A stretch of DNA of 64,000 bases, from the NCBI GenBank assembly GCA_965287045.1, contig OZ336882.1, forward strand, positions 81,158,001 through 81,222,000, in the 5' to 3' direction. The notes below the pieces were generated by a model. That model did no database searches, was not told where the DNA came from, and was given only the letters and a program-made list of their open reading frames with translations. The DNA is from Carcharhinus amblyrhynchos. Taxonomy: Eukaryota. The translations under genes were made by a program, and so were the position numbers. Positions 27,050 through 39,039 of this stretch are shown in pieces; position 1 is the first letter of the stretch, and each line of letters begins with the position of its first letter.

Positions 27050-28100
27050 TAAGGAATTCTGGCGTTAGCTTTAACAGGGAAACAGTACTGGAGGCATCCT
27101 TGGGATTGGTGGGAACAAAGTGTCCGAATGCGTCAATCAGAGTTTAATAATGAGGTATCAGCAAGATAGAGGTTGAATTGTATTTACTCTTTTAGAATTA
27201 ATTGGACAGTCGGAGAGTTCGCAATGATTGCAATCATGGTCTTAATCCCGTTGATTAATAATGTCCCAGGGAGATAATGCGAAACTGCTGCCAGATAGCT
27301 TTACATCACTGCTAGGCAAAATTATATTTAGATGTATGGAAAATCAAAGGATTGTAAAGGGTAAACGGAGCAGGAAAAAAATCTGTGAGCGAATATTGAG
27401 CATGCACTTAGGAAGGTAGGTAAGGTGGGGACGAGCAAGTGCTGCATTTGGATTGTCAGGAAGCATTCACTAAAGTAGCCCCAACGAGATTTAACACACT
27501 ATTAAAATATATGGGATATGGAAGAACACATTAAGCCGAATTGGGAATTAAAAATTGGGGAAAAAATATTGAATAGAAAAGAAGGCATATTTTCAAGTTG
27601 GCATGCAACAATCGTTGGACCAAATGTAAAAATGTTTGGACTTCAGCTGTTAACAATCTAAATGCAGAACATAGACTATTATCTGAGTGCAAGTTTTCCA
27701 AGTTGATTAGAAGATTGGAATGTACTGAATAAAACGTCCGTTAGTCCACAGTTAGAATATTGTTTGTAATACTGGTTAGCACACTCTCAGCACAGCGTGA
27801 TTGCAGAAGCAATGGTGCAGAGGATATTCACCAGTTTCTTGCCTGGGCTAGCGTATTTTAGCTATAAAGAGCGGCTAGTAGTTTGGACTGTAATAGAGAG
27901 TGCTGAGAGGTGACAGGACAGAGGTGTAAAAATAATGGGGGATATCTATAGGGTAAATAGGAAGGAATGTTTCTGCTGAGAAGAGGGGTGAGTAACTGGG
28001 CGACCACGATTTAAACCGAGGGGCAGGAGATTTAGACTAGGTTTGACGGGAAAAGATCTTCTCGTTGAAGACTGTAGGGTCAACTAATGTTCCAGTACCC
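27050..28100 (+). mobile_element. Highly decayed CR1 remnant
   Basis: gttagtccacagttagaatattgt (VRPQLEYC-like), gctgagaggtgac and ccacgatttaaaccgaggggcaggagatttaga. Confidence 0.6.
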
Positions 28101-28549
28101 GAAAGAAAGTTTAAACAGCACATTTACTTGTTGAGTCATTGAGGGTCACAGGCCCAGTGTCAGAGGTAAAGGGTGGTTGAAGCACATAAAATTATGTCGA
28201 CGAAATACCAGACAATCGAGATGGAGCATTTCAGCTGCTACTTTGCAAATGCTCAGCGGTTTTCCAGAGGAAACTACAAAGAATAAAAGGGCGAAAGTCA
28301 TAATTATTTGATCGCCCTGGCAATTTCTACCTTTTTTTTTCTCGTGTCTGCACAATGCTGTGTGCCCTCAGTAATAAAATAGAAATGGAGAAGTGAAGAT
28401 TGGAACGCTTAGGTGTCGTAAGAGCTCTACAGTTTTCTGAACGTGCCGTGTGTGCTTACTCCATATTCAAAAAAACTCACTGTAACAATACGTGGGCATT
28501 AAAAATTAGCTGTAAACTAACAATCTGAGATAGGTAGATACACCTTTTT

Positions 28550-29860
28550 CATACATGAGGATATCTATGCCCATTTAGCAGCTAACATTTAGTGCACGTC
28601 GTTAGAAATCAGCCTCGCCATCCAGCAGATGGCTTTCGATGAATATTCCAGGTTGTTAGTTAGCAACAAAATCCGTCATATTGCATAAAACATTATATCA
28701 GTATACAATCTTGGAGCATCTTTGGTCTGTGCTATTTCGCACAAATTTTGGAAAGTTTAGTGGACAGCATTTCTCAGCTTGTGGTCTACTCGGATGACTT
28801 GCTAATCACGGGAGCGTCCCGGCAGGAGGAAAGGGCAAACTGAGAAGAGGGTTTGAAACTTTAATGGAATGGGCGTCTGTTTGAAAGATGAGAATTTCAC
28901 TTTGCATGCACATCAATTTATACATCGGCTTCACCTTACAGTTGTCAGGACTGTTTGTACAATGGGATCCCACCAAACTATTGATCGTGATTTGTCACCA
29001 TGTGGAAGAAGTCTTGTCCCACAAGATGGCGGATGCCAGGACGTGGCAGTCGCATTTGTGTCAATGGCCACATCAACTGCTGAGAACTTGTTCTGTGTCA
29101 AATAAATATTTGGAAGCAAATTATGCACTGATGAAATTTCATCTGCACTCTGCGGTAGACAATTAACATAGCACCAGCCATTGTTGGGTTTTCCTTGATA
29201 GGATAAGGTAAAGCCTCCAGCTGCCTCTGCGAGGGTAGGAGGTGGCTCCTATTGCTACCTATATACAGCTACTCGTTCTAGAATAAAGCAGGGAAACAAT
29301 TAACAAATGCGGGTTTGCTCAGCCGCTTTCTTGGAAGAGTGAACCGTCACCACTGTACCATAGGAAATAGTGCTGATACTGAACCTGAAAGAGAGTCGGT
29401 TAGTCCAACCTACTCATATAAAAAAACAGTTAGAGCGACAGGGACTCAGTGCTCTGAAATGATAGGAGAAATGCGACGCAAAATGGCCCTACAAGAGCGC
29501 TATTTAGACCTTTCCTACATCGTAGTTTGGAGATACTGTGAGGGGATACCATCTTATCGTGTCGGCTATTATTGCTGGAATTGACTGCAGGTCTCTCTCC
29601 CCAGGCAAAGTAAGGTGAAAACGCGCTTGCCAGAAGTTACATTTGGAGGCTGGGCATGAATAAAGAAATCAAAATAAAGGTCAGCCTTTGTCCGAGATAT
29701 GAAGCCTCGTAGGCATTGCCACTTCCAGCGAAGTTGCATCCATGGGAATGGTGGGATCCGCCCTGGTCAAGGCTGTTCATGGAGTGAATGTTCCTCATGG
29801 TGGTTCAGTACATTCTAAATAGCTGAATGTTCAACTAATAAATGTTGCAAAGGCTACCGT
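28550..29860 (+). mobile_element. Gypsy-like LTR retrotransposon pol remnant (RT and integrase)
   Basis: gtggtctactcggatgacttgctaatcacggga encodes VVYSDDLLITG (YxDD); ccagcgaagttgcatccatgggaatgg...ccctggtcaaggctg encodes PAKLHPWEW..PWSRL, typical of the Gypsy integrase region. Confidence 0.75.
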
Positions 29861-30109
29861 CATCTTTGAGAAGTTACAATAGATTTTTGCCATATATGGT
29901 AATACAGAGAACTCATCTGAAGAAAAATATGCAGCATTTCCAGCAGAGGGAGTACAAAAGTGTGTGAAGCAAAACTGTATTCGCCAGGGTCGGTCAGCCC
30001 CTTACCACCCATCTTCCAGCTGTTTCGCTGAACCAGATGTATAAGCGTCAATATCATTGAGAAGAATAGAACAGGTCCCTCAACCATTTTCTTTAAGTTA
30101 GGTGTGTTT

Positions 30110-30320
30110 CTTGATGCCATACAATATTTGCCAGCATCGTTCCCAAACTCCCAGGGATCAAGGGTCGACTCCAGCCTGAGCTGACGTTCGAGTGAAGTTT
30201 GTATGTTCTCCTTGTGACTGCGTGGATGTCTTCCTGGTGCTTCTGTTTCCTCCCACAGTGCAAAGGCGTGCAATGGAGGCGGATTGTCCACGCTGAATTG
30301 TCCCTTAGTGTCCCAAAATG
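30110..30320 (+). mobile_element. 5' half of an HE1-type SINE abutting a CR1 tail
   Basis: gtttgtatgttctccttgtgactgcgtgg...ttcctcccacagtgcaaaggcgtgca...aattgtcccttagtgtcccaaa. Confidence 0.7.
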
Positions 30321-30324
30321 AAAC

Positions 30325-32310
30325 ATGATAAAAGAACACAAGAGATAGGAGCAAGAGTAGGCCATCTAGCCCTTCGAGCCTGCCCTGCCATTCAATAAGA
30401 TCATGGTTGATCTGAGGTGCATCAGTTTCACTTCCCGCTTTCTCCCCAAAACCCTTAATCCCCTTGCCTACAAAAAGCCTATCCACCCGCGTCTTAAATA
30501 TATTGAGCGAGGTAGCCTTCACCACTTCAACGGGCAGAGAATTCCAGAGATTCATCACTCTTTGAGTGAAGAAGTTCGTCCCCAACTCCGATCTGAACTG
30601 CCCCCTCACCCCGCTTATCTTGAGGCTGTGCCCCCTAGTCCTACTGTCCTTTCTGAGCGGGAAGAACCTCTCCGCTTCTTCCCTATCCATCCCTTTCATC
30701 ATCTTATACGTCTCAATAAGATCCTCCCTCATCATTCTAAACTCTAACGAGTACAAGCCCAGCCTATTCAACCTCTCCTCATATTTCAACCCCCTCAACT
30801 CGGGTATCAGCCTAGTGAATCTCCTCTGCACTCCCTTCAAGGCCAAAATATCCTTGTGCAAGTGCAGCTACCAAAACTGCACACAGTACTCCAGCTGCAG
30901 CCTCACCAGTGCCCTGTACAGTTGCAGCAAGACCTCCCTACTTTTATATTCAATCCCCCTCGCTATGAAGACCAGCATCCCATTTGCCTTCCTGACCACC
31001 TGCTGCACCTGTAGGCTGGGTTCTTGCGACTCATGCACAAAGACCCCCAAGTCCCTCTGCACCGTAGCCTGCTGCAGTTTTTCGCCCTGTAGTTAGTCGC
31101 CCTTCCTACTATTATTCCTACCAAAGTGGATAACCTCACACTTGCCAACATTGTATTCCATCTGCCAGTTCCTCGCCCACTCGCTCAGCCTATCTAGATC
31201 CCTCTGCAGACTTTGCACACCCTCCGCACAATTTGCTGTTCCACTTATCTTTGTGTCATCAGCAAATTTCGACACCTTACACTCGGCTCCCTCCTCCAGA
31301 TCATCTATATAAATGGTAAACAGCTGAGGCCCCAGCTCCGATCCCTGGGGCACTCCACTCGTCACCAACCGCCAATCCGAATAGCACCCATTGATACCCA
31401 CTCTCTGCCTCCTGTTTGACAGCCAATCCCCTATCCACGCTAACGCCTTACCCCCAACTCCATGCCCCCTAACCTTCTGTAGCAACCTTTTGTGTGGCAC
31501 CTTATCAAATGCCTTCTGAAAATCGAGAAACACCACATCCACCGGTTCCCCTCTATCCACCTCACTGGACACATCCTCATAGAATTCCAATAAATTCGTC
31601 AGACACGACTTCCCCGAAACGAATCTGTGCTGCATCTGCTCTGTTAAACAATTCTTGTCAAGATGCCTCGCTATTTCCTCTTTGATTACAGATTCAAGCA
31701 TTTTTCCTACAACAGATGTTAAACTAACCGGCCTATAATTCCCTGCCTTATGCCTGCTACCCTTTTTAAACAGCGGCGTAACATTAGCCATTTTCCAATC
31801 TTCCGGCACTTCCCCGGAATCCAGCGAGGTTTGGAAAATAATCACCAAGGCATCAACTATCACCTCTGTCATTTCTTCAGACCCTTGGATGCATTCCATC
31901 CGGCCCTGGGGACTTGTCCACCATCAGTCCCACTAGTCTGTCGAGCACTGCCTCTCTAGTAACAATGATCTCATTCAAGCACCCACTCCTACCATCTTTC
32001 CATCGTTAACACCCGGCAAACTATTTGCGTCCTCCTCCGTGAAGACCGAAGCAAAGAAGTTATTCAAGGCCTCAGCCATTTCCTCATCCCCCACCACTAA
32101 ATCCCCCTCTCATCCTCTAAGGGTCCAATATTCACCCGAGCCAGCCTCCTCCTTTTTATATATTTATAAAAACTCCTACTGTCCTTTTCTATATTTAGCG
32201 CGAGCCTAGATTCATAGTCTATCCTTCCTTTCTTTATCAACTTCTTCGTCATTCTTTGTTGACATTTAAACCTCTCCCACTCCTCTTCTCGCCCACTATT
32301 TTTAGCCACA
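30325..32310 (-). mobile_element. Relatively young 5'-truncated CR1 LINE (RT domain with a few disruptions)
   Basis: ORFs 31093..31899 (NYRPVSLTS, FLDFQKAFDKV, GVPQGS, KFADDTK), 30868..31062 and 29860..30861; 3' UTR and tail at about 30330. Confidence 0.95.
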
Positions 32311-33889
32311 AGTACGGGTGCCCTTCCTTAACTTGTCAAAGTCACTTCCACAGCACATTCTAAATACCCGAAATCTACCATCTGGACGCTCTTTTCCACA
32401 GCACGTTCAAAACACCCGAAATCTAGCATCTCGGCCAAATCTACCATGAGGGTCAAAGGAGCAAAGCATTGGCAAAATCATTACCGTCATGTCCACTGAA
32501 GCCACAAAATATACCAACTTGGAAATGCATTGACATCCCTTTACTGTTGCTGGGTCCAAAAAACAAACGAGAAAACTGTCTTAACATCTCAGTCGATGAA
32601 GTGAGAGAGGTTCACCGTTACCTTCTCCTTGGCAATAAGCAATGTGTTGTAATGAATCTCCTTACCAGCGGCGTTCTCATACAAAAATCGATTCGTAGAC
32701 AGTGTCATTGTACTCGGAAACTTTGCTAATGCCTCCTTTTTGATCATGACCCTGCCTGATTTGGAAGCACAGGAAAGCAACACCAAGCTCGTCAATCTAC
32801 AAATTGACAGATACAATCAGGTTAACCAGTGCTTCACTGGGATTAATTTTGGGAACAGTTTTCAAGTGGATTGCAAGCAAACAGCACAATTAGTTGAAAG
32901 AAAGAACAAAAGACAAAGAAAACAGGTCATTCGGCTTTCCAAATCTGCACCGACCATGCTGCCTGACTGAATTCAAACCCTGCTACTCTTAAATATCAAA
33001 GAAAGTTGAGTTGACTGCGGTATCTTTGAAATCTTGATTATCCGAATGGAATCACTTTCCAAATCCTCTAAGACTTTCGTGGAAAGGTGCAATGGCATTT
33101 TGGCACAATGACATTGTTCCCGACATCCCAATGATGTCATGCCCCATCCACCATTGCCCCACATGACAGAAAAACGCAAGTCGCAAAATATGCAAATTGA
33201 ACATTATTGCACTGCCTTAGTTCGTTTTTAATTTTTTTGAAAAAAAAAACCTCTGATTGCTGCATTGAAATCCATGCTTCCCTCTTGTGAGAACTGCAAA
33301 GGTAATCAATATTGCAATCTGTGTCTTGAAATGAGAATACATGAAAATTACTGATGAGCAATGAGAGTGAACATTAGCCAATTATATCACTGTAGCACCG
33401 GCCAGTGTTTTACGCAATGACGCAGTCCACTGTCGTACCAAATTATCCTACAAACACGATGCATCTGCTACCACTCGGTATATTTAAGTCTCATTCAATT
33501 TCAAATGTTAACTTATTTACTTGCTCTCAAGAAATCAAGAAAGTTATTTGCGAAAAAGCGCAGAAATAATGAGTCCAAATCTAATATGAGTGGCTCCCAT
33601 CAGTAAGATCCCTCTGGCAGCAATATTTTGCAATTAATTTCTTACTTTAGTAGTCCTTAGTATTTTCATCCAAAGTCCTGTGGAAATGCACAAAGAATAA
33701 ACCAACATTTTTCTTCAGAGCTGCACTTCTATTCTGCAATTGCGTCATTATTTTTTCACAAATACCACTCATATCCTCAATGATGATCTTCTCTTTTCGT
33801 TCTGAAAAAAAGACGTCATTGTCTCTGATTCCATCAAGAAATAATTTTCTGCGTACCGTAAGCTTCTCACCTCCAGAGGGAGCTGTACG

Positions 33890-34090
33890 TTTTGCTAATG
33901 TTGCTTTGACTCCACTGAACTGTGGCCATTTTGAACATCCATGATAGAACGTCCAGACGGATCAGGAGGATTTGCAGCGGAAATACGGAGAGTTATGGGG
34001 AAAGACCATGGGTGGGATTGTTGCCAGTGCAAACTCGATGGGGCGAAAGGACTCCTCCAGCATGGCACAGATTATCTGATTTCTCTCGAT
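33890..34090 (+). mobile_element. Old HE1-type SINE 3' part
   Basis: gggtgggattgttgccagtgcaaactcgatggggcgaaaggactcctcc. Confidence 0.6.
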
Positions 34091-34749
34091 TTCCAACTGC
34101 ACCCAATGCGAAAAATGCGTCCAGATATTAGCCTGGTCACCATCACTGTGAAGCAGTCGGATATACATGGTCAAGTTCAGCTGCAGCAGATCAGCGAAGA
34201 CCTCGAACGGTGAGGCAGGCTCGAGTTGCAGAAGGTTTTACTCCGGCTTCTATGTATTGCTCCTGTGATCCAGTATGTTCCGATATTCTTCTTAACAATT
34301 CAAAATACTGGATCAAATATCTCCTTTAATCACAAGGAAGGAGACTGGTGACTTTAACGTAGTGACTGAACTTTGTTTTAATGTGCGGAATTGAGGAGTC
34401 TTTCGAAAGAGTGAAATCGATTTTCAGAGGACAGAAAACGGCCGTTTTGGTGAGGAGAAAGAGAGGATTTGGGAACGATTTCAGATGGCTTTCGGACAAG
34501 GAGTTGCTGCTCAGAGCAGAGAGGAAGCAGAAGTGGAAGTCAAACATGATGTTTACTTACTCATTTGAGGCATCAGGTTGAGCATTTATTGGTCGCGTGG
34601 TCTGATGGATAAGTTATCTGGCTTCAGGGTGAATCGTTATGTCATCAGAAGGTTGTCAATGCCTGAGCTGTTTTTTGTGTGCGTGGAGCCTTCTTTCTTG
34701 TTTTTTTTTGCTTCTTGGCCATTTTCACTAAATGAAGAGATAGAACTCA

Positions 34750-36320
34750 TTTTCGGGGTTTTGAAAGAAATGGCAGAGGTGATAGCAGATGCCTTAGTAA
34801 TTATTTATCAAAATTCGCTGGACTCCGGGGAAGTGCCGGAAGATTGGAAAATTGCGAATCTTACGCTGTTTAAAAAAGGTAGCAGACAAAATGCAAGGAA
34901 TTATAGGCCAGTTAGTTTAACGTCTGTAGTTGGAAAAATGCTAGAATCTGTCATCAAAGAAGAAGTAGCGAGGCACCTAGAAAGGAATGGTTTGATCGAA
35001 CAGAAGCACGGATTCGTTCAGGGGAAGTCGTGTTTGACGAATTTATTGGATTTCTAAGACGATCTGACTAGTGCGGTAGACAGACGGGAACGGGTGGATG
35101 TGGTGTTTTTAGATTTTCAAAAGGCGTTTGATAAGTTGCCTCATAAAAGGTTGCTACAGAACGTTAGGGTGCACGGAGTTGGGGGTAAGGTGTTAACGTG
35201 GATGGAGGATTGGCTGTCGAAAAGGAAGCAGAGAGTTGGCACCAATGGGTGTTATTCTGTTTGGCGGTTGGTGACTGGTGGAGCGCCGCAGGGATCGGTG
35301 CTGGGGTATCAACTATTTACCATTTATATGGATGATCTGGAGGAGGGGGCTGAGTGTAGGGTGACGAAATTTGCTGATGACACGAAGATGAGAGGAAAAG
35401 CAAATTGCGTGGAGGGTGTGGAAAGTCTGCAGAGGGATCTGGACAAGCTGAGCAAGTGGGCGAGGACCTGGCAGATGGAGTATCGTGTTAGCAAGTGTGA
35501 GATTATCCACGTTGGCAGAAATAACAGTAGGAGGGATTATTATTTAAAAGGCGAAAACCTGCAGCATGTTTCGGTGCAAAGGGACCTGGGGGTCCTTGTG
35601 CAGGAGTCGCAAAAACCCAGTCTGCAGGTGCAGCAGGTGATCAAGAAGTCGAATGGAATATTGGCCTTTATAGCGAGGGGGATAGAGTATAATAGTAGGG
35701 AGCTCTTGCTGCAACTGTACAGGGTACTGGTGAGGCCGCAGCTGGAGTACTGTGTGCAGTTTTGGTAGCCACACTTGAGGAAGGATATATTGGCCTTGGA
35801 GGGAGTGCAGAGGAGGTTCACTGGGCTCATACCGGGGATGAGGGGGTTGGACTATGAAGAGAGACTCAATAGACTGGGTCTGTACTCGCTGGAGATAAGA
35901 AGGGTGAGGGGGGATATTATAGCGACGTATAAGATAAGGAAGGGGATGGATAAGGCAGAGGTAGAGAGAATCTTACCGCTTAGAATGGATAGCAGGACTA
36001 GGGGGCACAGCCTCAAGATAAGGGGGGCGGCGGGGGGAGGGGGGTCAGTTTAAATCAGAGTTGAGGAGGAACTTCTTCACTCAAAGGGTCGTGAATCTCT
36101 TAAATTCCCTGCGCGTTGAAGTGGTGGAGGCTACCCGGCTAAATATATTTAAGTCAAGGGTAGATAGGTTTTTGATAGACAGGGGAATTAAGGGTTATGG
36201 GGAGAAAGCGGGAAAGTGAAATTGATCCACTTCAGATCAGCCATGATCTTATTGAATGGCGGGGCAGGCTCGAAGCGCAAGATGGCCGACTCCTGCTCCG
36301 ATTTCTGATGTTCTTATATA
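34750..36320 (+). mobile_element. Relatively young 5'-truncated CR1 LINE, same subfamily as 30325..32310
   Basis: ORFs 34578, 35094 and 35775 carry RT motifs interrupted by stops; tail ctcctgctccgatttctgatgttcttat. Confidence 0.95.
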
Positions 36321-37350
36321 TCCGGCGTGAGTTGACCTTGGTAGATTGGGGAGCGTTACTTAAAGTGATAAGCAATGACAAACGTTAAAGAAAAGCATGG
36401 AGAAACTGCAAGAACTGTTTATTCCATTGACAAGGGCATTGTCAAAGAGTCATATGGTCTCGAAACGTCAACTCTTTATTGTCTTTACAGATGCTGCCAG
36501 AACTGTTGAGATTTCCCAGCATTTTCTCTTTTGGTTTCAGATTCCAGCATCCACAGTATTTTTTTTAACTGTATATTCATATCATGCCCAAAACCCAAGC
36601 GGGTAAAAGGGCTAATCCATGGTCTATAAAAGAAATTGGAGATAGTATGTGAACCAAGAAAGAAGCAGAGAGGTGGCGAAAACAATAATAGGCCTGAGGA
36701 TTGTTAGCAGTTTACAACTCAGCAAAGAAAGACGAAGGATTGAATAGAAATGGGTGAATACAGTACAAAAGTAACCTTTCGAGGAACATAAAGACTGGCA
36801 TTGAGAGTGTCTATAGGTGCGAGAAGAGAAAGAGATTGATGGAGACAAATGTAGGTCCTCTACAGAGAGAAACAAGGGGAAAGTAAAATAAGGAACAAAG
36901 AAATGGCTAAGCAAATGAATACATACTTCGGTTCTGTTTACAGAAAGGAGGATACAAATCAGGTACCAGAAATAGTCGGAAATGAAGGATTTAGTGTGAG
37001 GGAAGAACTGAGGGAGGATAATATTTATTGAGCAAATTGAGAATTGCAAGGGGATAAATCCCCAGTGTCTGAAAATCGGCATCCCAAGTATTCAGGAGCG
37101 GGCTCTAGAAGTGGTGGATGCATTGATGGCCATCTTCCAGGATTCTATATAATCGGGAACAGTCCCTTCAGATTGGAGGGCAGCTAATGTCACTCCAATA
37201 TTCCAAAGTGAGGCAGAGAGAAAACCCTGAGTCATCGATCTGTAAGACTAACATCGGTAGAGCGGAAATTTCTGCAATCAATTATCAGGGACTTTGTAGT
37301 GGAACATGTATATAGCAATGGCAGGATCAGACAGAGTCAGCATGGATTTA
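36320..37350 (+). mobile_element. Older CR1 mid-ORF2 fragment with a nested Penelope-type piece (36430..36570)
   Basis: gattggagggcagctaatgtcactccaatattc (DWRAANVTPIF) and agtcagcatggattt (SQHGF); nested acagatgctgccagaactgttgagatttcccagcattttc. Confidence 0.75.
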
Positions 37351-37380
37351 TAGAGTTTACCGTCTGCATTTTTTTTAAAC

Positions 37381-37570
37381 CATCTCGGCCTTTTGGCTAA
37401 GATGAAGCTTCAGATCAAGCCGGGGTTGGGGTATAATGCCCCATCTTGTTAGCTTTGACGGTGCTTGGGCGACCTCCAGATAGGATGCAAAGTCTGGCCT
37501 TGTCAGATTTCATCTTGTTGTCTCTCTCTCGTGTGGTCGATTAAATGAAATGAATTTGCTTTCTTCTTTG
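37381..37570 (+). pseudogene. U2 snRNA-derived sequence (pseudogene or U2-headed SINE-like element)
   Basis: tctcggccttttggctaagat at 37383..37403 equals vertebrate U2 nt 7-27 as recalled; agatcaag recurs at 37412; the branch-point recognition sequence GTAGTA is absent. Confidence 0.65.
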
Positions 37571-37799
37571 AATCAAAATGATGAAGACGGTGGTTCTCCC
37601 CGGACAAGGGGAGTCCATTGCAGTTCAAATGTGCTGATGTCTGCGAGGTTCACGAAGGCCGGATACTCGATTGAGAATAAATAAAGGAGCACTATGCAGA
37701 TTATTTGTTATATATATGAAATCGGTACAGATGGAAACGGGGTAGAATGACTTTATCTACGTGGGAAGTTGACAAATGAGGAGGATGACAACGATTTCC

Positions 37800-37952
37800 A
37801 GATCAGGTTAATTGCTTTTAGTTGTTTCTTAATATCGGGGAAATTAGCAGGGTCAATATGTGGAGTTACGGAGATAGGGTCTGGGTCGGATTGTGTTTGG
37901 TGAAGGCTTGATGGGTGGCATAACCTCTTTCTGTACTGTAGAGTTTGTATAA
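37800..37952 (+). mobile_element. HE1-type SINE 3' half
   Basis: attagcagggtcaatatgtggagttacggagatagggtctgggtcggattgtg...ctttctgtactgtagag. Confidence 0.65.
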
Positions 37953-38409
37953 TTCACTGAGGATTCAATTCAACTCCAGCTGAAATCGTCTATTGTGCCA
38001 GTGAGAGTGGCAAGACAGATGAGCAAGCCAGGAAGTTCATGATTATTGGAATAGTCAGCTTTCCTTGTCATTGTAGATCATGGGAAGTGAAGTTAAAATG
38101 CAATATCCTCTTTTAATTTTGCAGAAATGAAATTTGAATATCTCTGTGTTAAATCAATTCTGTCTGCTTTCAGAAGTTATCAACAATTATGTTTCTTTTT
38201 CTGAAGCTCATTTGTGTTATGGAATGATATATTTTATAATAGATTTCATGATAACTCTGACACTAACCCTTGATGCAATGTCCGCCTTGTTAACTGTTGA
38301 TTTAGCGTGACTATTCTTAGTCTGAAAAAGTGAACGAAGAAGGATATCACAAATGGAAGAAAAAACAATAGGCATACTACTGGTAAGTTACACGGTAATC
38401 GTATACGCA

Positions 38410-38745
38410 TTTGACATCGTGGCACTGCAAACCCGTAATAGAAATGCAGATACAGATCGTTTATTGTGGGATTCTGGGTTTAAGTACCTTCATATTGTGG
38501 AATTTGAAATCAATAATTTTTATAAACCTCTGTGATGACCATGAATGGGTGGCCGTAAATAGCCATCTAGTTCACGTAAGCTCAGAGACGAATAAAACAT
38601 TCGTCCTCAATTCTTTTGGTTTCCATTCTCCAGTGACACAACCATCTAGTTGACTGCTAAATGCTGTCTCTGGGGTCATTTGAAATGAACAGTAAATTGT
38701 ATCCGGGACGTTTCGCTCCCCCATCCCATAAATGGATAAAATCGT
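38410..38745 (+). mobile_element. Old SINE (non-HE1 shark type); paralogous copy at 50835..51175
   Basis: gtgatgaccatgaa...gtaaatagccatctagttcac...gttgactgctaaatgctgtctctg...catcccataaatggataaaa. Confidence 0.5.
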
Positions 38746-39039
38746 TTGCCCTTAGTTTACTTAATGTGCCATCGTACGTATATAACACCCGAGTCTTCCG
38801 GTTGGGTTTGATGTACGTACTCACTCTTCCTGATATTAATAGTTTCTGGCACGGATGTTGCCCACGTGACGGAGCATGTTTTTGAGCAGTTGTTTAGGGC
38901 CGCATCACGTAAATTGCATCTTGATTGCTTTATGTCGAGCTCAGCAATTCTACACGCACAGCCTCAGTGAAGGTCAGCGTGTGTGCAACATTGAACAGGA
39001 GGCATTCGTTTATTTTCTGCCAAGCTATTCCAGATGGAC

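Larger units (their letters stand above)
17711..29696 (+). repeat. Segmental duplication copy A (contains gene 2)
   Basis: Collinear with 51261..64000 from tcatccgtttttatgcattgcactctcc to ggtcagcctttgtccgag; many paired ORFs in the track. The right end is limited by the window edge of copy B. Confidence 0.97.

Noticed and set aside
29860-30861. 333-aa ORF as a host gene
   Set aside because: CR1 ORF2 C-terminus reading through its 3' UTR, a SINE and flank; a chance chimera.
32661-32710. Alternative minus-strand exon 1 (MTLSTNRFLYENAA, GT donor) for gene 2
   Set aside because: No TM1 character; the GC-donor exon at 26031..26100 matches the paralogs in length and sequence.
38353-38388. ATG...CTG|gtaagt mini-exon (MEEKTIGILL)
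   Set aside because: Phase 0, no YP motif, and not conserved in the paralogous block at about 50790.
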